From Gammaproteobacteria bacterium (lineage in GTDB: Bacteria; Pseudomonadota; Gammaproteobacteria; Eutrophobiales; Eutrophobiaceae): DNA of 64,000 nucleotides. Positions 28,274 through 39,130 of this stretch are shown here, piece by piece. The stretch covers positions 2,592,001 to 2,656,000 of the forward strand of contig CBDCTH010000012.1 in assembly GCA_965222155.1 (NCBI GenBank), written 5' to 3'. A model generated the notes under the pieces. It was not told the DNA's origin and did not search any database. It worked only from the letters and a program-made list of their open reading frames with translations. The translations under genes and the position numbers were made by a program. How positions within the stretch are numbered: the first letter of the stretch is position 1; each line of letters starts with the position of its first letter.

Positions 28274-29557
28274 TTGACTGGCTTCCCCCAACCCCACTGC
28301 GGTTCCTATTACGCGGCAACTGCGAACGTTACCACTGATTACCCACAGCTTACAGGCGCAAGCAGTTGTGATGTCTGTATCATCGGCGCCGGGTTTACCG
28401 GCATTTCCGCGGCGCTCCAGCTGGCCGAGCGCGGCTATAAGGTCAGTGTCCTTGAGGCGAACCGGGTAAGCTGGGGGGCCTCGGGACGTAACGGCGGCCA
28501 ACTGATAGGCGGCATCAGTGGTGAAGAACGCCTGAAAAAATTCGTGGGCAAGGACGACCCCGAGCTTTTATGGAAGATGCGCTGGGCAGGTCATGAGATT
28601 ATCAGGCAACGTGTGGAGAAATATGCGATCGACTGCGACCTGAAGTTCGGTTACATGGATGTGGCTATCAAAACCCGCCACTGGCGCGCCCTGGAGGAAG
28701 AATACGAGTCCCTGCAACGACCTGATTTCCCCTATGAAACCAGGCTGGTGTCGAAACAGGAAATAACAGGCGTGATAGGCACGGATGCCTATATCGGCGG
28801 CCTGGTCAACATGGCCAACGGCCACCTGCACCCCCTGAACCTGTGCCTCGGTGAGGCGGCGGCGGCAACGCAACAGGGCGCCGTCATATATGAGCAGTCT
28901 CCGGTAGTCCGGTTTGAACATGGCAGCAAACCCCGGGTTCATACCAGAGAAGGCAGCATCACCTGTGATTTCGTCATCCTCGCCGGTAACGCCTATCACC
29001 ACCTGGAAGCACGCCGTCTGAGCGGGGTTGTTTTTCCTGCCGGCAGTTTTATTATCGCTACCGAACCCCTGACGGATGATCAGGTCAATGATATCAATCC
29101 CCTGGACCTGGCCGTATGTGACCCGAATCACGTACTTGATTACTTCAGGCTCAGCGCGGACAAGCGATTATTATTCGGCGGTCGCTGCAACTATTCCGGG
29201 CGGGAGCCGCGCAGCATCCGGAAATCCATTCTCCCGAGAATGCTCAAGATATTCCCGCAATTGAAAGACGTGCGCATTGACTACGAATGGGGTGGTAAGA
29301 TAGGCATTGTGATCAACCGTGTCCCACATGTCGGCAGGCTGGATAAAAACATCTACTACTCCCAGGGCTATTCCGGCCACGGCGTCAACGTCACCCACCT
29401 GGCCGGCCAGGTGGTGGCCGATGCTATCGCCGGCACTTATGAACGGTTCGACGTATTCGAGAAGGTGAAACACTACCGCATCCCCGGCGGCCAATGGGTC
29501 GGCAATCAACTACTCGCCCTGGGGATGATCTACTTTCGGCTGCTGGATCTCCTTTAA
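28274..29557 (+). CDS. puuB: Gamma-glutamylputrescine oxidase (PuuB-like FAD oxidoreductase)
   Basis: SYYAAT, GAGFTG, WGASGRNGGQ, HLHPLNL, GYSGHGV. Confidence 0.85.
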   Translation: MTGFPQPHCGSYYAATANVTTDYPQLTGASSCDVCIIGAGFTGISAALQLAERGYKVSVLEANRVSWGASGRNGGQLIGGISGEERLKKFVGKDDPELLWKMRWAGHEIIRQRVEKYAIDCDLKFGYMDVAIKTRHWRALEEEYESLQRPDFPYETRLVSKQEITGVIGTDAYIGGLVNMANGHLHPLNLCLGEAAAATQQGAVIYEQSPVVRFEHGSKPRVHTREGSITCDFVILAGNAYHHLEARRLSGVVFPAGSFIIATEPLTDDQVNDINPLDLAVCDPNHVLDYFRLSADKRLLFGGRCNYSGREPRSIRKSILPRMLKIFPQLKDVRIDYEWGGKIGIVINRVPHVGRLDKNIYYSQGYSGHGVNVTHLAGQVVADAIAGTYERFDVFEKVKHYRIPGGQWVGNQLLALGMIYFRLLDLL

Positions 29558-29574
29558 GGGACCACCCAGCCCTA

Positions 29575-29700
29575 TCATTCCGGCGCATGCCAGCCATTGC
29601 CGTCGTCATTCTGGCGCATGCCAGAATCCAGTAGAAAAAAATTCCTTATAATGATAAGCAAGGTTGTAATCCAAGGCTGGCATTAGCCGGCATGACGGGA
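29575..29700. repeat. Degenerate REP cluster after puuB
   Basis: TCATTCCGGCGCATGCCAG and GTCATTCTGGCGCATGCCAGAATCCAG arms. Confidence 0.65.
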
Positions 29701-29810
29701 CTGTGATTTCGTGGGAATATGTTCCCCATTTGTGCTTGTAAGCATAAATATAGAGCATTTATGGTTGAATTTGCTTGTCATATCGTCACTTTTCGGGTAT
29801 TTTTGACGAC

Positions 29811-30959
29811 ATGGTGTACCAACGAATCACTCGACTATCAAGCCGCAGTTTCTTCCTGTTCGGTGTGCGAGGCGTTGGCAAGAGCTCATGGGTGCGTGTA
29901 ACGCTTCCAAACGCGCTACGCTTTGACCTGTTGGATGAAGCGCTATATCACGATCTCCTGGCTGACCCGTCGCTGTTTCGAGAATTGGTTTCCACCGTTT
30001 CACAAGGTGATTGGGTTGTCATCGATGAGGTACAGCGCATTCCTACGCTGCTGAATGAGGTGCATCGACTGATAGAGGAACGCGGCCTGCGTTTTGCCCT
30101 GCTCGGCTCCAGCGCACGAAAACTCAAAACCGCGGGCACAAACCTGCTGGCCGGGCGGGCAAATCGTAAGGCCATGTACCCACTGGTTCCGCAAGAACTT
30201 GGCGCCGATTTCATCCTGGAGGATGTGCTCAGGTACGGCAGCATCCCCCTGGTCTGGACTGCGGACGACCGTCGTGAAGTTCTCGAAAGCTATACTCAAC
30301 TGTACTTGAGGGAAGAAATTCGCGCGGAAGCCGTAGTCCGCAACCTGTCCGGTTTCGTTCGTTTCCTTCCCATTGCCGCGTTGCTTCACGGGCAGACCTT
30401 GAATGTAACGGGCATCGCCCGGGATGCCGGGGTAGCGCGCACTACCGTTACCGGCTACCTGGATGTTCTTGAAGACACCCTGCTCACTTGGCGTCTGCCC
30501 GCTTTCGAAGCCAAACTGCGGGTGCGTGAACGACGACGCCCAAAACTCTACTGGGTCGACTCCGGCCTGGTGCGCGCCGTGAAACGCCAGTTCGGGCCCG
30601 TATCAGTGGAGGAACGCGGCGCCCTGTTCGAGGGCTGGGTTCTCAGCCTGTTGCGCGCCCACGCTGAAGAACAATCGGTATTTGACACCATTCATTACTG
30701 GGCGCCGGCAGAATCGAATACTGAGGTCGATTTTCTGCTCAGCCGGGATACCGAATACCTCGCCATTGAGGTCAAAGCAGCAACACGGTATAACACTGTC
30801 TTACTCAAGGGGTTACGCGCCATTAACGACCTGCCACATCTGGTCCGCCGCATTCTCATCTACAACGGCGCGCGCGCCTTCCATACCGAAGACGGTATTG
30901 ACGTGTGGCCGGTGAAACAATTGCTCGAAGCGTTGCAAACAGATGAGCTTTGGCCCTGA
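29811..30959 (+). CDS. AAA_14 ATPase + DUF4143 protein
   Basis: GVRGVGKS, IDEVQR, LGSSA, KLYWVDSG, EVDF..IEVK. Confidence 0.9.
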   Translation: MVYQRITRLSSRSFFLFGVRGVGKSSWVRVTLPNALRFDLLDEALYHDLLADPSLFRELVSTVSQGDWVVIDEVQRIPTLLNEVHRLIEERGLRFALLGSSARKLKTAGTNLLAGRANRKAMYPLVPQELGADFILEDVLRYGSIPLVWTADDRREVLESYTQLYLREEIRAEAVVRNLSGFVRFLPIAALLHGQTLNVTGIARDAGVARTTVTGYLDVLEDTLLTWRLPAFEAKLRVRERRRPKLYWVDSGLVRAVKRQFGPVSVEERGALFEGWVLSLLRAHAEEQSVFDTIHYWAPAESNTEVDFLLSRDTEYLAIEVKAATRYNTVLLKGLRAINDLPHLVRRILIYNGARAFHTEDGIDVWPVKQLLEALQTDELWP

Positions 30960-31266
30960 AGCCGGAAACAGTCAGGGAGATTATTTGTCACAGATGCGGA
31001 CATTATAGTTGTTCCTGACAATCTTGCTAACACTGACCGGCTTGCCGGAGGCGGGGGATTTTTTGGTATAGTGACTACGGTAGCGCCCGAGGTGGTAGCC
31101 GTGTTGGCATCGCGTCAGACGCTGGATGTCTTTCCGGTGGCCTTAAATGCATGCCGTGTGTACGCGTTTCAATTACACCCTCCAGCCAAAAATTCGCCAA
31201 AATACGGGGGTGAGTGCTAAACTTGGGCTAAGGGTACAGAGGTTTAAATTCACAGGGGCTACGACT

Positions 31267-31752
31267 ATGACTACGACTATTGATTATAACAGCATACGTT
31301 TCGGGACTTTGACGCTGTTGGCGCTGGTGGTCTTGACGACTTCCATCAGTACACAGGCCTGGACAAGGACATCGCCCTACGAGCTCTGTCCGGATGCCGA
31401 GCGCACAAGGCCGCCTGCTTGCGTGACGGTGCAGGAATCGGAAACCCGCATTGTAGCTACGAGCGCCTGTAAAAAACTTGTTGCCGTTACGGCGGACGTC
31501 GTGAGCCGGGAGTCCGGGGTAAGCACCCAGGAGCATAGTGCCCACATATTCCTTTATAGCGGCGAGACCGCGACGGTGGAGCTGACAGATATTGTGACAG
31601 GTATGGCGGTTGTGATCCCCGACATCACCGACAAAAGACTGGGGTTTACGAAAGTGAAATGCTGCCCCAGCTTCAGGGCAACGGCTAATAATCCGAGCGG
31701 GGTAGAGGCTTGCCCAGGGGACGATAATGAAATCCTGTTCCTTCCCGAGTAA
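31267..31752 (+). CDS. Hypothetical Cys-rich secreted protein (ORF track start 31147)
   Basis: Signal-like LTLLALVVLTTSISTQA; six Cys; no recognised family. Confidence 0.55.
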   Translation: MTTTIDYNSIRFGTLTLLALVVLTTSISTQAWTRTSPYELCPDAERTRPPACVTVQESETRIVATSACKKLVAVTADVVSRESGVSTQEHSAHIFLYSGETATVELTDIVTGMAVVIPDITDKRLGFTKVKCCPSFRATANNPSGVEACPGDDNEILFLPE

Positions 31753-31761
31753 TAAAAATTA

Positions 31762-31822
31762 AAATAAAAGGGGTCGGTGACAAATGATATTCATTCTCAT
31801 TTGTCACCGACCCCTTTTATTT
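31762..31822. repeat. 26-bp perfect inverted repeat (REP-like/terminator)
   Basis: AAATAAAAGGGGTCGGTGACAAATGA ... TCATTTGTCACCGACCCCTTTTATTT. Confidence 0.85.
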
Positions 31823-31896
31823 ACCGCATCCCCGGCGACCAGTGGGTTGGCAATTAGTTCTGGGGACACAATACTTAATTCTGGCATACTGTCAAT

Positions 31897-32565
31897 ATGG
31901 CAAGGCTGGCAAGGATCGTTCTACCTGGGTATCCTCACCACGTGACGCAACGGGGGAACCGTCGTCAGGACGTGTTCTTTTGTGAAGGCGATTTTCAGGC
32001 TTATCTAAACCTGCTCAAGCAATGGTGTTCACGGGAGTCGGTAAAGATATGGGCATACTGCCTGATGACTAACCACGTCCACCTGATTGTCAAACCGGAA
32101 GAAGGGTCCAATCTCAGCCGGGCAATCGGGGAGACGCACCGGCGTTACACACGGATGATTAATTTTCGGGAACAATGGCGCGGCTATTTGTGGCAAGGTC
32201 GGTTTGCCTCCTTTCCGATGGATGAACCGTGGTTGTTACAAGCAGTTGCGTATGTGGAATATAATCCGGTGGCGGCGGGCATGGTTACGCAGCCCTGGGA
32301 TTATCCTTGGAGTAGCGTTCATGCCCATTTGGCCGGGAGGGACCCGCAAGGGATAGTCGAGGTGGTTCCTTTACTTGATTTAGTTGGGGGAGACTGGCAG
32401 ACATACTTGAGTGCCTGCCAGGCGGGTAAGAACGGGAACTTTGCAGCCCATGAGCGCACGGGCAGACCCTTGGGGGATGAGGGATTTATTGGAAGGATTG
32501 AGAGGGCGTTAGGCCGGCCGCTGAAAAAGAAAAAACCGGGGCCAAAAGCACGACAGGATAATTAA
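31897..32565 (+). CDS. REP-associated tyrosine transposase (RAYT, Y1/HUH)
   Basis: PHHVTQRGNRR, AYCLMTNHVHL, LWQGRF, YVEYNPV, YPWSS; flanked by 19-bp IR GGGGACACAATACTTAATT (31862-31880 / 32560-32578). Confidence 0.92.
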   Translation: MARLARIVLPGYPHHVTQRGNRRQDVFFCEGDFQAYLNLLKQWCSRESVKIWAYCLMTNHVHLIVKPEEGSNLSRAIGETHRRYTRMINFREQWRGYLWQGRFASFPMDEPWLLQAVAYVEYNPVAAGMVTQPWDYPWSSVHAHLAGRDPQGIVEVVPLLDLVGGDWQTYLSACQAGKNGNFAAHERTGRPLGDEGFIGRIERALGRPLKKKKPGPKARQDN

Positions 32566-32723
32566 GTATTGTGTCCCCTTAATTGCCATGAGCGCACGGG
32601 CAGACCCTTGGGGGATGAGGGATTTATTGGAAGGATTGAGAGGACGTTGGGCCGGTCGCTGAAAAAGAAAAAACCGGGGCCAAAACAACGACAGGATAAT
32701 TAAGTATTGTGTCCCCTTAATTG
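32448..32723. repeat. 138-bp tandem duplication of the RAYT 3' end including the right REP
   Basis: 32448-32585 vs 32586-32723, a few substitutions. Confidence 0.9.
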
Positions 32724-33279
32724 ATATAGATGGGACACCGAGATGCCGGCCAGGCGTTCATATTCGGCCTGGCCGAACACCGCATAAGCCCGTTCACAGA
32801 GCTTCTTCAGGGTCAAGCCGTTGGGCGTATTGTGGCGTTCGTCCATGGCCGCCAGCAGGCGCATATCCACCTTTGTATAGCGCCGGGTAAATCCCCGTAC
32901 CGTGCGCTGCCGCGGCGTCAGCCGTCCGGTCTCCCGGTAGCGTTTAATCAACCGCTTCACCTGCGCCCGAGAGTAACTGCTTACCTTCATCAGGTACGAA
33001 ATGAGTACCCCCCGGTCCGCTTTGCCACAGCCTGAATAATCGAATTTGACCAAGGTACGCCGCACCCGGTCATAGCGCCCCTGCTTGTCGCCGGCGACCT
33101 CAAAGGCCACCCGCTGTGTCCCCGATAAAAAGCCACGCACCTGGTCAATCGTCGTTAAGTCGTTTGCATTCATGATCGTTTTCATCCTCCTATCATGAAC
33201 AGAAACGCAGACTGTTTCAGGCTCATTTCATATTGGAATCACGTCCCGCCTTCAGGCTCATTTCATATTGGAAAATACT
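32724..33279 (-). pseudogene. Truncated copy (left end + N-terminal ~155 codons) of the ISNCY-like element at 58162-59563
   Basis: MKTIMNANDLTT... aligns with the 58256 protein; end AGTATTTTCCAATATGAAATGAGCCTGA. Confidence 0.9.
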
Positions 33280-33799
33280 AGGGCTAGACAACCCCTTGAA
33301 GAATATTTATTATCTGAACTCCATTGCCGACATAAGAAATTACCTGGAGGTATGCCGGACAGCCCGGAAATAAAGGAATGACGACCGCAAACCAAAATCA
33401 GGAAAAATTCCAGAACCTTCTTCGCGAGTTGTTCCAGTTTGATTGCGCCGACCTGGATTTCGGTATCTACCGCATCATGAATCACAAACGGGATGTGATC
33501 GAAAAATTTATCTCTGTAGACCTTATTCAGGCTGTCAGCAAGGAACTTGACCAAGGTGTCCTGCACGATCAGGAACTGGCTGTCAGTGAGTTACAGGAAA
33601 CAGCCCAATTAATCAGAGAAACTCTGGGTAATAATGCCTTGGATGCTGCCGGCAGTCTGAATGAAATATACCGGAATAGTCCAATCGGAGATAAATTGCG
33701 TATTTCACTGAATCCTGCCACCCGTTTCACGTGAAGGCTGCCACCCGGAACGCAGCAAAGCTGCCACCCCCAGGCGCGTGATGACGTGGGTGTTGGTCA

Positions 33800-34618
33800 T
33801 TATGACTCTGTTGGGGTCATCGTCGTCAATGTTTTTTTCTGTTTTCGCATGGATTCACCCTTGAGTTGTATTTTGTAAGCATTGTGCACCAGGCGGTCAA
33901 GGATGGCATCGGCGAGGGTGGGGTCGCCGATGCTGTGATGCCATTTTTCGGCCGGTAATTGACTGGTAGCGAGGGTGGAGCGTGCGCCGTGGCGGTCTTC
34001 CAGGATTTCCAGCAGGTCACGGCGCTGCTCTGCGTTCAATTTGACCAGGCCCCAGTCATCGAGGATGAGGGCCTGGGTTTTTGCCAGGGTGGTGAGGAGC
34101 TTGGGATAGCGTCCATCGCCCTTGGCGATGGACAGGTCCTGGAGGAGTCTGGGCAGGCGCAGGTAGAGGGCGGTGTAGCCGTGCCGGCAGGCGTTGTGTG
34201 CCAGGGCACAGGCGAGCCAGGTTTTGCCGACGCCGGTGGGGCCGGTGATGAGGATATTGAGGTGTTCGCGGACCCACTGGCAGGTGGCCAGTGATTGCAT
34301 CAGGGATTTATCCAGTCCGCGCGGGTGGCGATAGTCGATATCCTCCAGGGTGGCATTGTGTTTGAGGCGGGCGCATCGCAGCCGGTTGGACAGGCGTCGG
34401 TTGTCCCGTTCGGTTATCTCCCGGTCGACGAGCAGGCCGAGGCGTTCCTCGAAGCTGAGGGTATCGATATCGGGCACGGACATCTGCTCGGTGAGGGCGG
34501 CAGCCATACCGGTGCATTTCAAGGTCTGGAGTTTGTCCAGGGTGGGATGTATCAACATAGCAGTCTCCTGTCGTGGGTCAGTGGTAGTAGGATGGGCCAC
34601 GGATATTGTCGTGGTCAT
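33800..34618 (-). CDS. istB: IS21 helper ATPase IstB (likely start MLIHPT at 34558)
   Basis: [31 protein letters not shown]. Confidence 0.95.
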   Translation of the reverse strand: MTTTISVAHPTTTDPRQETAMLIHPTLDKLQTLKCTGMAAALTEQMSVPDIDTLSFEERLGLLVDREITERDNRRLSNRLRCARLKHNATLEDIDYRHPRGLDKSLMQSLATCQWVREHLNILITGPTGVGKTWLACALAHNACRHGYTALYLRLPRLLQDLSIAKGDGRYPKLLTTLAKTQALILDDWGLVKLNAEQRRDLLEILEDRHGARSTLATSQLPAEKWHHSIGDPTLADAILDRLVHNAYKIQLKGESMRKQKKTLTTMTPTES

Positions 34619-36119
34619 CAGGTAAGGCCGCCTCGGTCTGCTCGGCGAGGGGTTGCCGGTCCAGGCCGTGGCGGAGGATGGATTCGATACTTTTGTAACT
34701 GTGGCTGCCCAGGGTGAGGGCGCGTTGGCAGGCGGCCTCCAGCCGGTCGTCGCCGTAGGTTTTAGCCAGGCGCAGGATCCCTAAGCAACTGCGGTAGGCC
34801 TGCTGGGGGTGCTTGCGGGCAGACAGGACACGGAGGATAAGGGTTTCTGTGGCCGGCCCGACCTGCGCGGCCCAGCGGCCCAGGCGTTGCGGGGACCACT
34901 CGCCGGCCTGGCGGTGCGCCTCGGGCATGTGGGCCGGGACGGTGGTATGACGTGCCTTATGATACGAGCGTCGATGGCTGGCGATGCGCTGGCCGCGATG
35001 AAAGCATTCAATGGTGTTGGCGGTGATGCGCACGTCCAGTTGTTTTTTGATGAGCGCGTGGGGCACGGAGTAGTAATGGCCATGGACCTCGATGTGATAG
35101 TCGATATGGACCCGCGCCTGCTTCCACTCGGCGTATTCGTACGCTTCGACGGGCAGGGGGCGCAGGGCCGGTTTATCCAGTTGCTCAAACAGCGCGCGCC
35201 GGGTGCCCGGCAGTTTCTTGAAGGGCCGGTTGTTGAGCGTCTCCAGCAACGCCCGGATGGCGCGGTTCAACTCGGCCAGGGAGAAGCACTGACGCTGGCG
35301 CAGGGCGGCGAGGATCCAGCGCTCTACCACCTGTACCGCGACCTCGGCTTTCGCTTTGTCACGGGGACGACGCACCCGTGCCGGGACAATGGCGACCCCG
35401 TAATGGGTGGCCAGGTCCTGGTAGGTGGGGTTGATGTCCGGCTCATAGCGATGCGCCTTGCTGACCCCGGCGCGTAAATTATCCGGCACCACCACTTCAG
35501 GCACACCGCCCAGGTAGGTAAAACAGCGCACGTGGGCGCCGATCCAATCTTCCAGGCCCTGGCTCCAGGTGGCCTCGGCATAGGTGTAGTTCGACGCGCC
35601 CAGCGCTGCCACAAACACCTCTGCCTCACGGACTTCCCCGGTTGCCGGGTTGATGACCTGAGCACGCATACCGGCATAATCCACGAACAGCTTCTCACCG
35701 GCCCGGTGCTCCTGGCGCATGACCAGATCCAGCTTGCCACGCCACGTCCGATAATGCTGGCAGAACCAGGTGTACTGATAGCCTTGCGGGTGAGTCTGGC
35801 GATACTCATGCCATAACAACTGCAAGGTGACGCCCGGGCGTTTCAACTCCCGATGAATGTGTGACCAATCGGGCACGCCGCGGGCCGCGGCGGGTACAGC
35901 TGGGGCGGGCGGAAACAGCAGACGCTCCAGCGCCCCGTCATCCAGCGCCGCAGGCAGCGGCCAACCCAGCCCGGCCGCCTCGGCCCGGCGCAGGTACTCA
36001 TCCACCGCCGGACGGGAAATGCCACAACTCCTGGCTGTCTGGCGTTTGCTCAGGCCCTGGCTCCAGCACAGGCGTAATACGTCTTTTATCTTTCTCATGG
36101 ACAACCTCTTTGCAGGCAT
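34578..36119 (-). CDS. istA: IS21 transposase IstA
   Basis: [38 protein letters not shown]. Confidence 0.95.
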   Translation of the reverse strand: MPAKRLSMRKIKDVLRLCWSQGLSKRQTARSCGISRPAVDEYLRRAEAAGLGWPLPAALDDGALERLLFPPAPAVPAAARGVPDWSHIHRELKRPGVTLQLLWHEYRQTHPQGYQYTWFCQHYRTWRGKLDLVMRQEHRAGEKLFVDYAGMRAQVINPATGEVREAEVFVAALGASNYTYAEATWSQGLEDWIGAHVRCFTYLGGVPEVVVPDNLRAGVSKAHRYEPDINPTYQDLATHYGVAIVPARVRRPRDKAKAEVAVQVVERWILAALRQRQCFSLAELNRAIRALLETLNNRPFKKLPGTRRALFEQLDKPALRPLPVEAYEYAEWKQARVHIDYHIEVHGHYYSVPHALIKKQLDVRITANTIECFHRGQRIASHRRSYHKARHTTVPAHMPEAHRQAGEWSPQRLGRWAAQVGPATETLILRVLSARKHPQQAYRSCLGILRLAKTYGDDRLEAACQRALTLGSHSYKSIESILRHGLDRQPLAEQTEAALPDDHDNIRGPSYYH

Positions 36120-39100
36120 CTGTGTCTCCTCCTTTCAGTAGAAATAAGGACACAGGATACCCTTGGTTATCCACGTCAAACGCGCCGGTTATCTACCTCC
36201 TTGGGGGTGGCAGCTTTGCCGTGTAATGGGTGGCAGCTTTGCTGTGAAATACGCAATAAATACGAGAAACTACAAAGACGGTCTCGCGGCGCACGCAGCC
36301 GGGCAGCTCAGGAAGCAGATATATTCAACCACCTGTTCGCTTTCTTCAGTCGCTATTACCAGGAAGGTGATTTTATCTCGAAACGCCGCTACTCCAAGCA
36401 ACAACGTTATGCCATTCCTTACAACGGAGAAGAGGTGTATTTGCACTGGGCAAACGCAGACCAGTACTACATCAAGACTGCCGAGCACTTTCACGACTAT
36501 TCCTATAGCGCGCATGGCGCCACCATACATTTCAAACTCAGTAACGCCGATGTTGAGCAAAACAATGTTAAAGGTGATCGGCGGTTCTTTCTACCTTGTA
36601 TTCATGGAATTACTCCAGACGAAAATACCAAAGAACTTACTATCCCATTTGAATATCGGCCGTTGGATGAACAGGAAGAAGCTCATTATGGCAGAGCTAA
36701 TCAACAGGATACCATTATCGCCGGGTTCGTTACGGAAATACAGGGACGTTCGGGCCTATCGAATGAAATCCTGCTTGCGCTGACTACTGAACGCCATCGC
36801 AATGTGGACAACAAACCGGTCACGTTTCTGGAACACCATCTGAGGCAATACACTCGCCGAAATACCTCCGATTTTTTTATTCATAAAAACCTGAAAGCAT
36901 TTTTATCCCAGGAGTTAGACTTCTACATCAAAAGCGAAGTGTTGAACCTGGATGACTTGGAGATTGCCGGCGAGGGGTTCGCCGAAGGCTGGTTTCAGGT
37001 TATCCGGGTTATCAGGACGATAGGTAGTCATATCATTGACTTTCTCGATCAGATCGAGGGATTTCAAAAGATGCTATGGGAGAAGCGCAAATTCATTACC
37101 GAGACACAGTATTGCATCACTATCGGCACTATTGATGAACGCTTTTATCCTGCCATTACCGACTGTGAACCGCAATGGGAGGAATGGAAAGTCCTGTTCC
37201 ATATTGACGAGAATAAGACCGACCTTTTCAATTCCGGCGAAAACACGAAGGACAGACGCATAATCTTTATGAAAGATCATCCAACCCTGGTTCTGGATAC
37301 CAAGCACATCGATGAGGACTTCAAGGATGAACTGCTCTCATCTATCGAAGACATTGATGAGCTATGTGACGGGTTGTTGATTCAGTCGGAGAATTTTCAG
37401 GCTTTGGGCTTCATACAAGAGCAGTACAGGGAGAAAGTGAAGTGTATGTATATAGATCCGCCATATAATACGGACGCATCTACGATCCTGTACAAAAATG
37501 ACTATAAGGATTCGTCCTGGCTTTCCCTGATGGACAACCGCTTGTCTCTTTCAAGAGATCTGCTGTCAAAAGACGGCATCTTGTGTTGCGCAATTGATGA
37601 TGAAGAAATGTCGCTAATACGACTGGTCATGCAAACGATGTTTGAAAAAGAATTAGGCATCGTTCCTGTACGTTCTAATCCCGCCGGACGTAAATCAAGC
37701 GGACAGTTTTCTCCCGCCCATGAGTATGCACTTTTTTACGGCAATGCCGATGCTATTCCTGGAACCCTGCCTAAAACGGAAAGTGAGCTTGCGCGTTTCC
37801 CGCTTCAAGATAATCGGGGTAGATATGCCTGGGCAAACTTGATACGAAGTGGTTCGAACGATAGGAGAGAAGACAGACCAAAGATGTTCTACCCAATTTA
37901 CGTCACAAAGAATAACACAATTCGCATTCCCGAAATAAAATGGAACGAGGATAAACGAGAGTACAGTGTTCTGGAACAACCTGGGGAGGATGAAACCGTA
38001 GCGTGGCCGATCAAGATACAGAATGGAACAAGTGTTGAGAAAAATTGGCATCGTGGCTGGAAATTGGTCAAGAGTGATTTGTCTGAATACAGAATTCGTC
38101 GTGATGAAGGAGGTACTGTCAGCATTGACTTCAAAACACGCATGGATACTGATTCAATGCCCAGGACTTGGTGGGATGACAAGAGATATGCTTCAGCAAA
38201 TCTAGGGCCAAAGGCGCTTAAGGATCTTTTTAGCAACAAAGACTTCGACTTTGCAAAAGCGACTGGCTTAGTTGAAGATTGTTTACGCTCTTCACTTTGC
38301 GAATTAAACTCAACAGTTCTCGACTATTTCGCGGGCTCCGGTACTACCGGCCACGCAGTCATCAATCTTAATCGCAAAGACGGCGGTAAGCGAAAATTTA
38401 TCTTAGTTGAAATGGGACAGTATTTCGATACAGTTCTGTTGCCGCGTATGAAGAAGGTAACATTTTCCCCTGAATGGAAAGACGGAAAACCGAAGCATAT
38501 GACCACCAGGGAGGAGGCTAAGCGTAGCCCGCGTATCATCAAGTGCCTGCGCCTGGAAAGCTACGAAGATTCGTTGAATAACATCGGTTTTGATGACTCG
38601 GCGGGACAACAGGCCATGAAATTCGACGACTACCTGCTCAACTACATGCTCCAATGGGAAACCAGGAATAGTTCAACACTTCTGAATATTGAGAAACTGG
38701 CCCGACCCTTTGATTACAAGCTACGAATCCGAATCAATGGCGAGACTAATGAAAAGGTAGTGGATATTCCAGAAACCTTCAACTATCTGCTTGGACTACA
38801 GTTACAGACGCGTCGTATCTATAACGATGAGGAAAGACGCTATCTAGTCTATCGCGGACTGATTGACCAGCGACAGGTTGTCGTCATTTGGCGGGAAACC
38901 AAGAGTTGGCAGAAAGAAGAACTGGAACGGGACAAACAGTTCATCTCTGAATTGAAAATAACCGAAGACGCAGATGAAGTTTTCGTCAATGGCGATTCTT
39001 TCATCCCGAACGCCAAATCCCTGGATCCGATCTTCAAAACCCGTATATTTGCGCCGATGTCGGTATAAAAGTTAAATCCAGGAAACTGGAGGACAAACCT

Positions 39101-39130
39101 GGAATTTCAGGAAAGTTAGGAGTAAACAGG

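Larger units (their letters stand above)
33697..36255. mobile_element. IS21-family element, complete
   Basis: TGCGTATTTCAC...GTGAAATACGCA ends, multiple internal CTGCCACCC repeats, 6-bp TSD ATAAAT (33691-33696 / 36256-36261). Confidence 0.95.
33378..39068 (+). pseudogene. mod: Type III-like R-M DNA adenine methyltransferase (Mod) interrupted by IS21; reconstructed 1041 aa
   Basis: N-part LFQFDCADLDFGIYRIMN; joining 33378-33696 with 36262-39068 gives an in-frame ...PIGDKYEKLQ...; IDPPYNT and LDYFAGSGTTGHA motifs. Confidence 0.9.
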
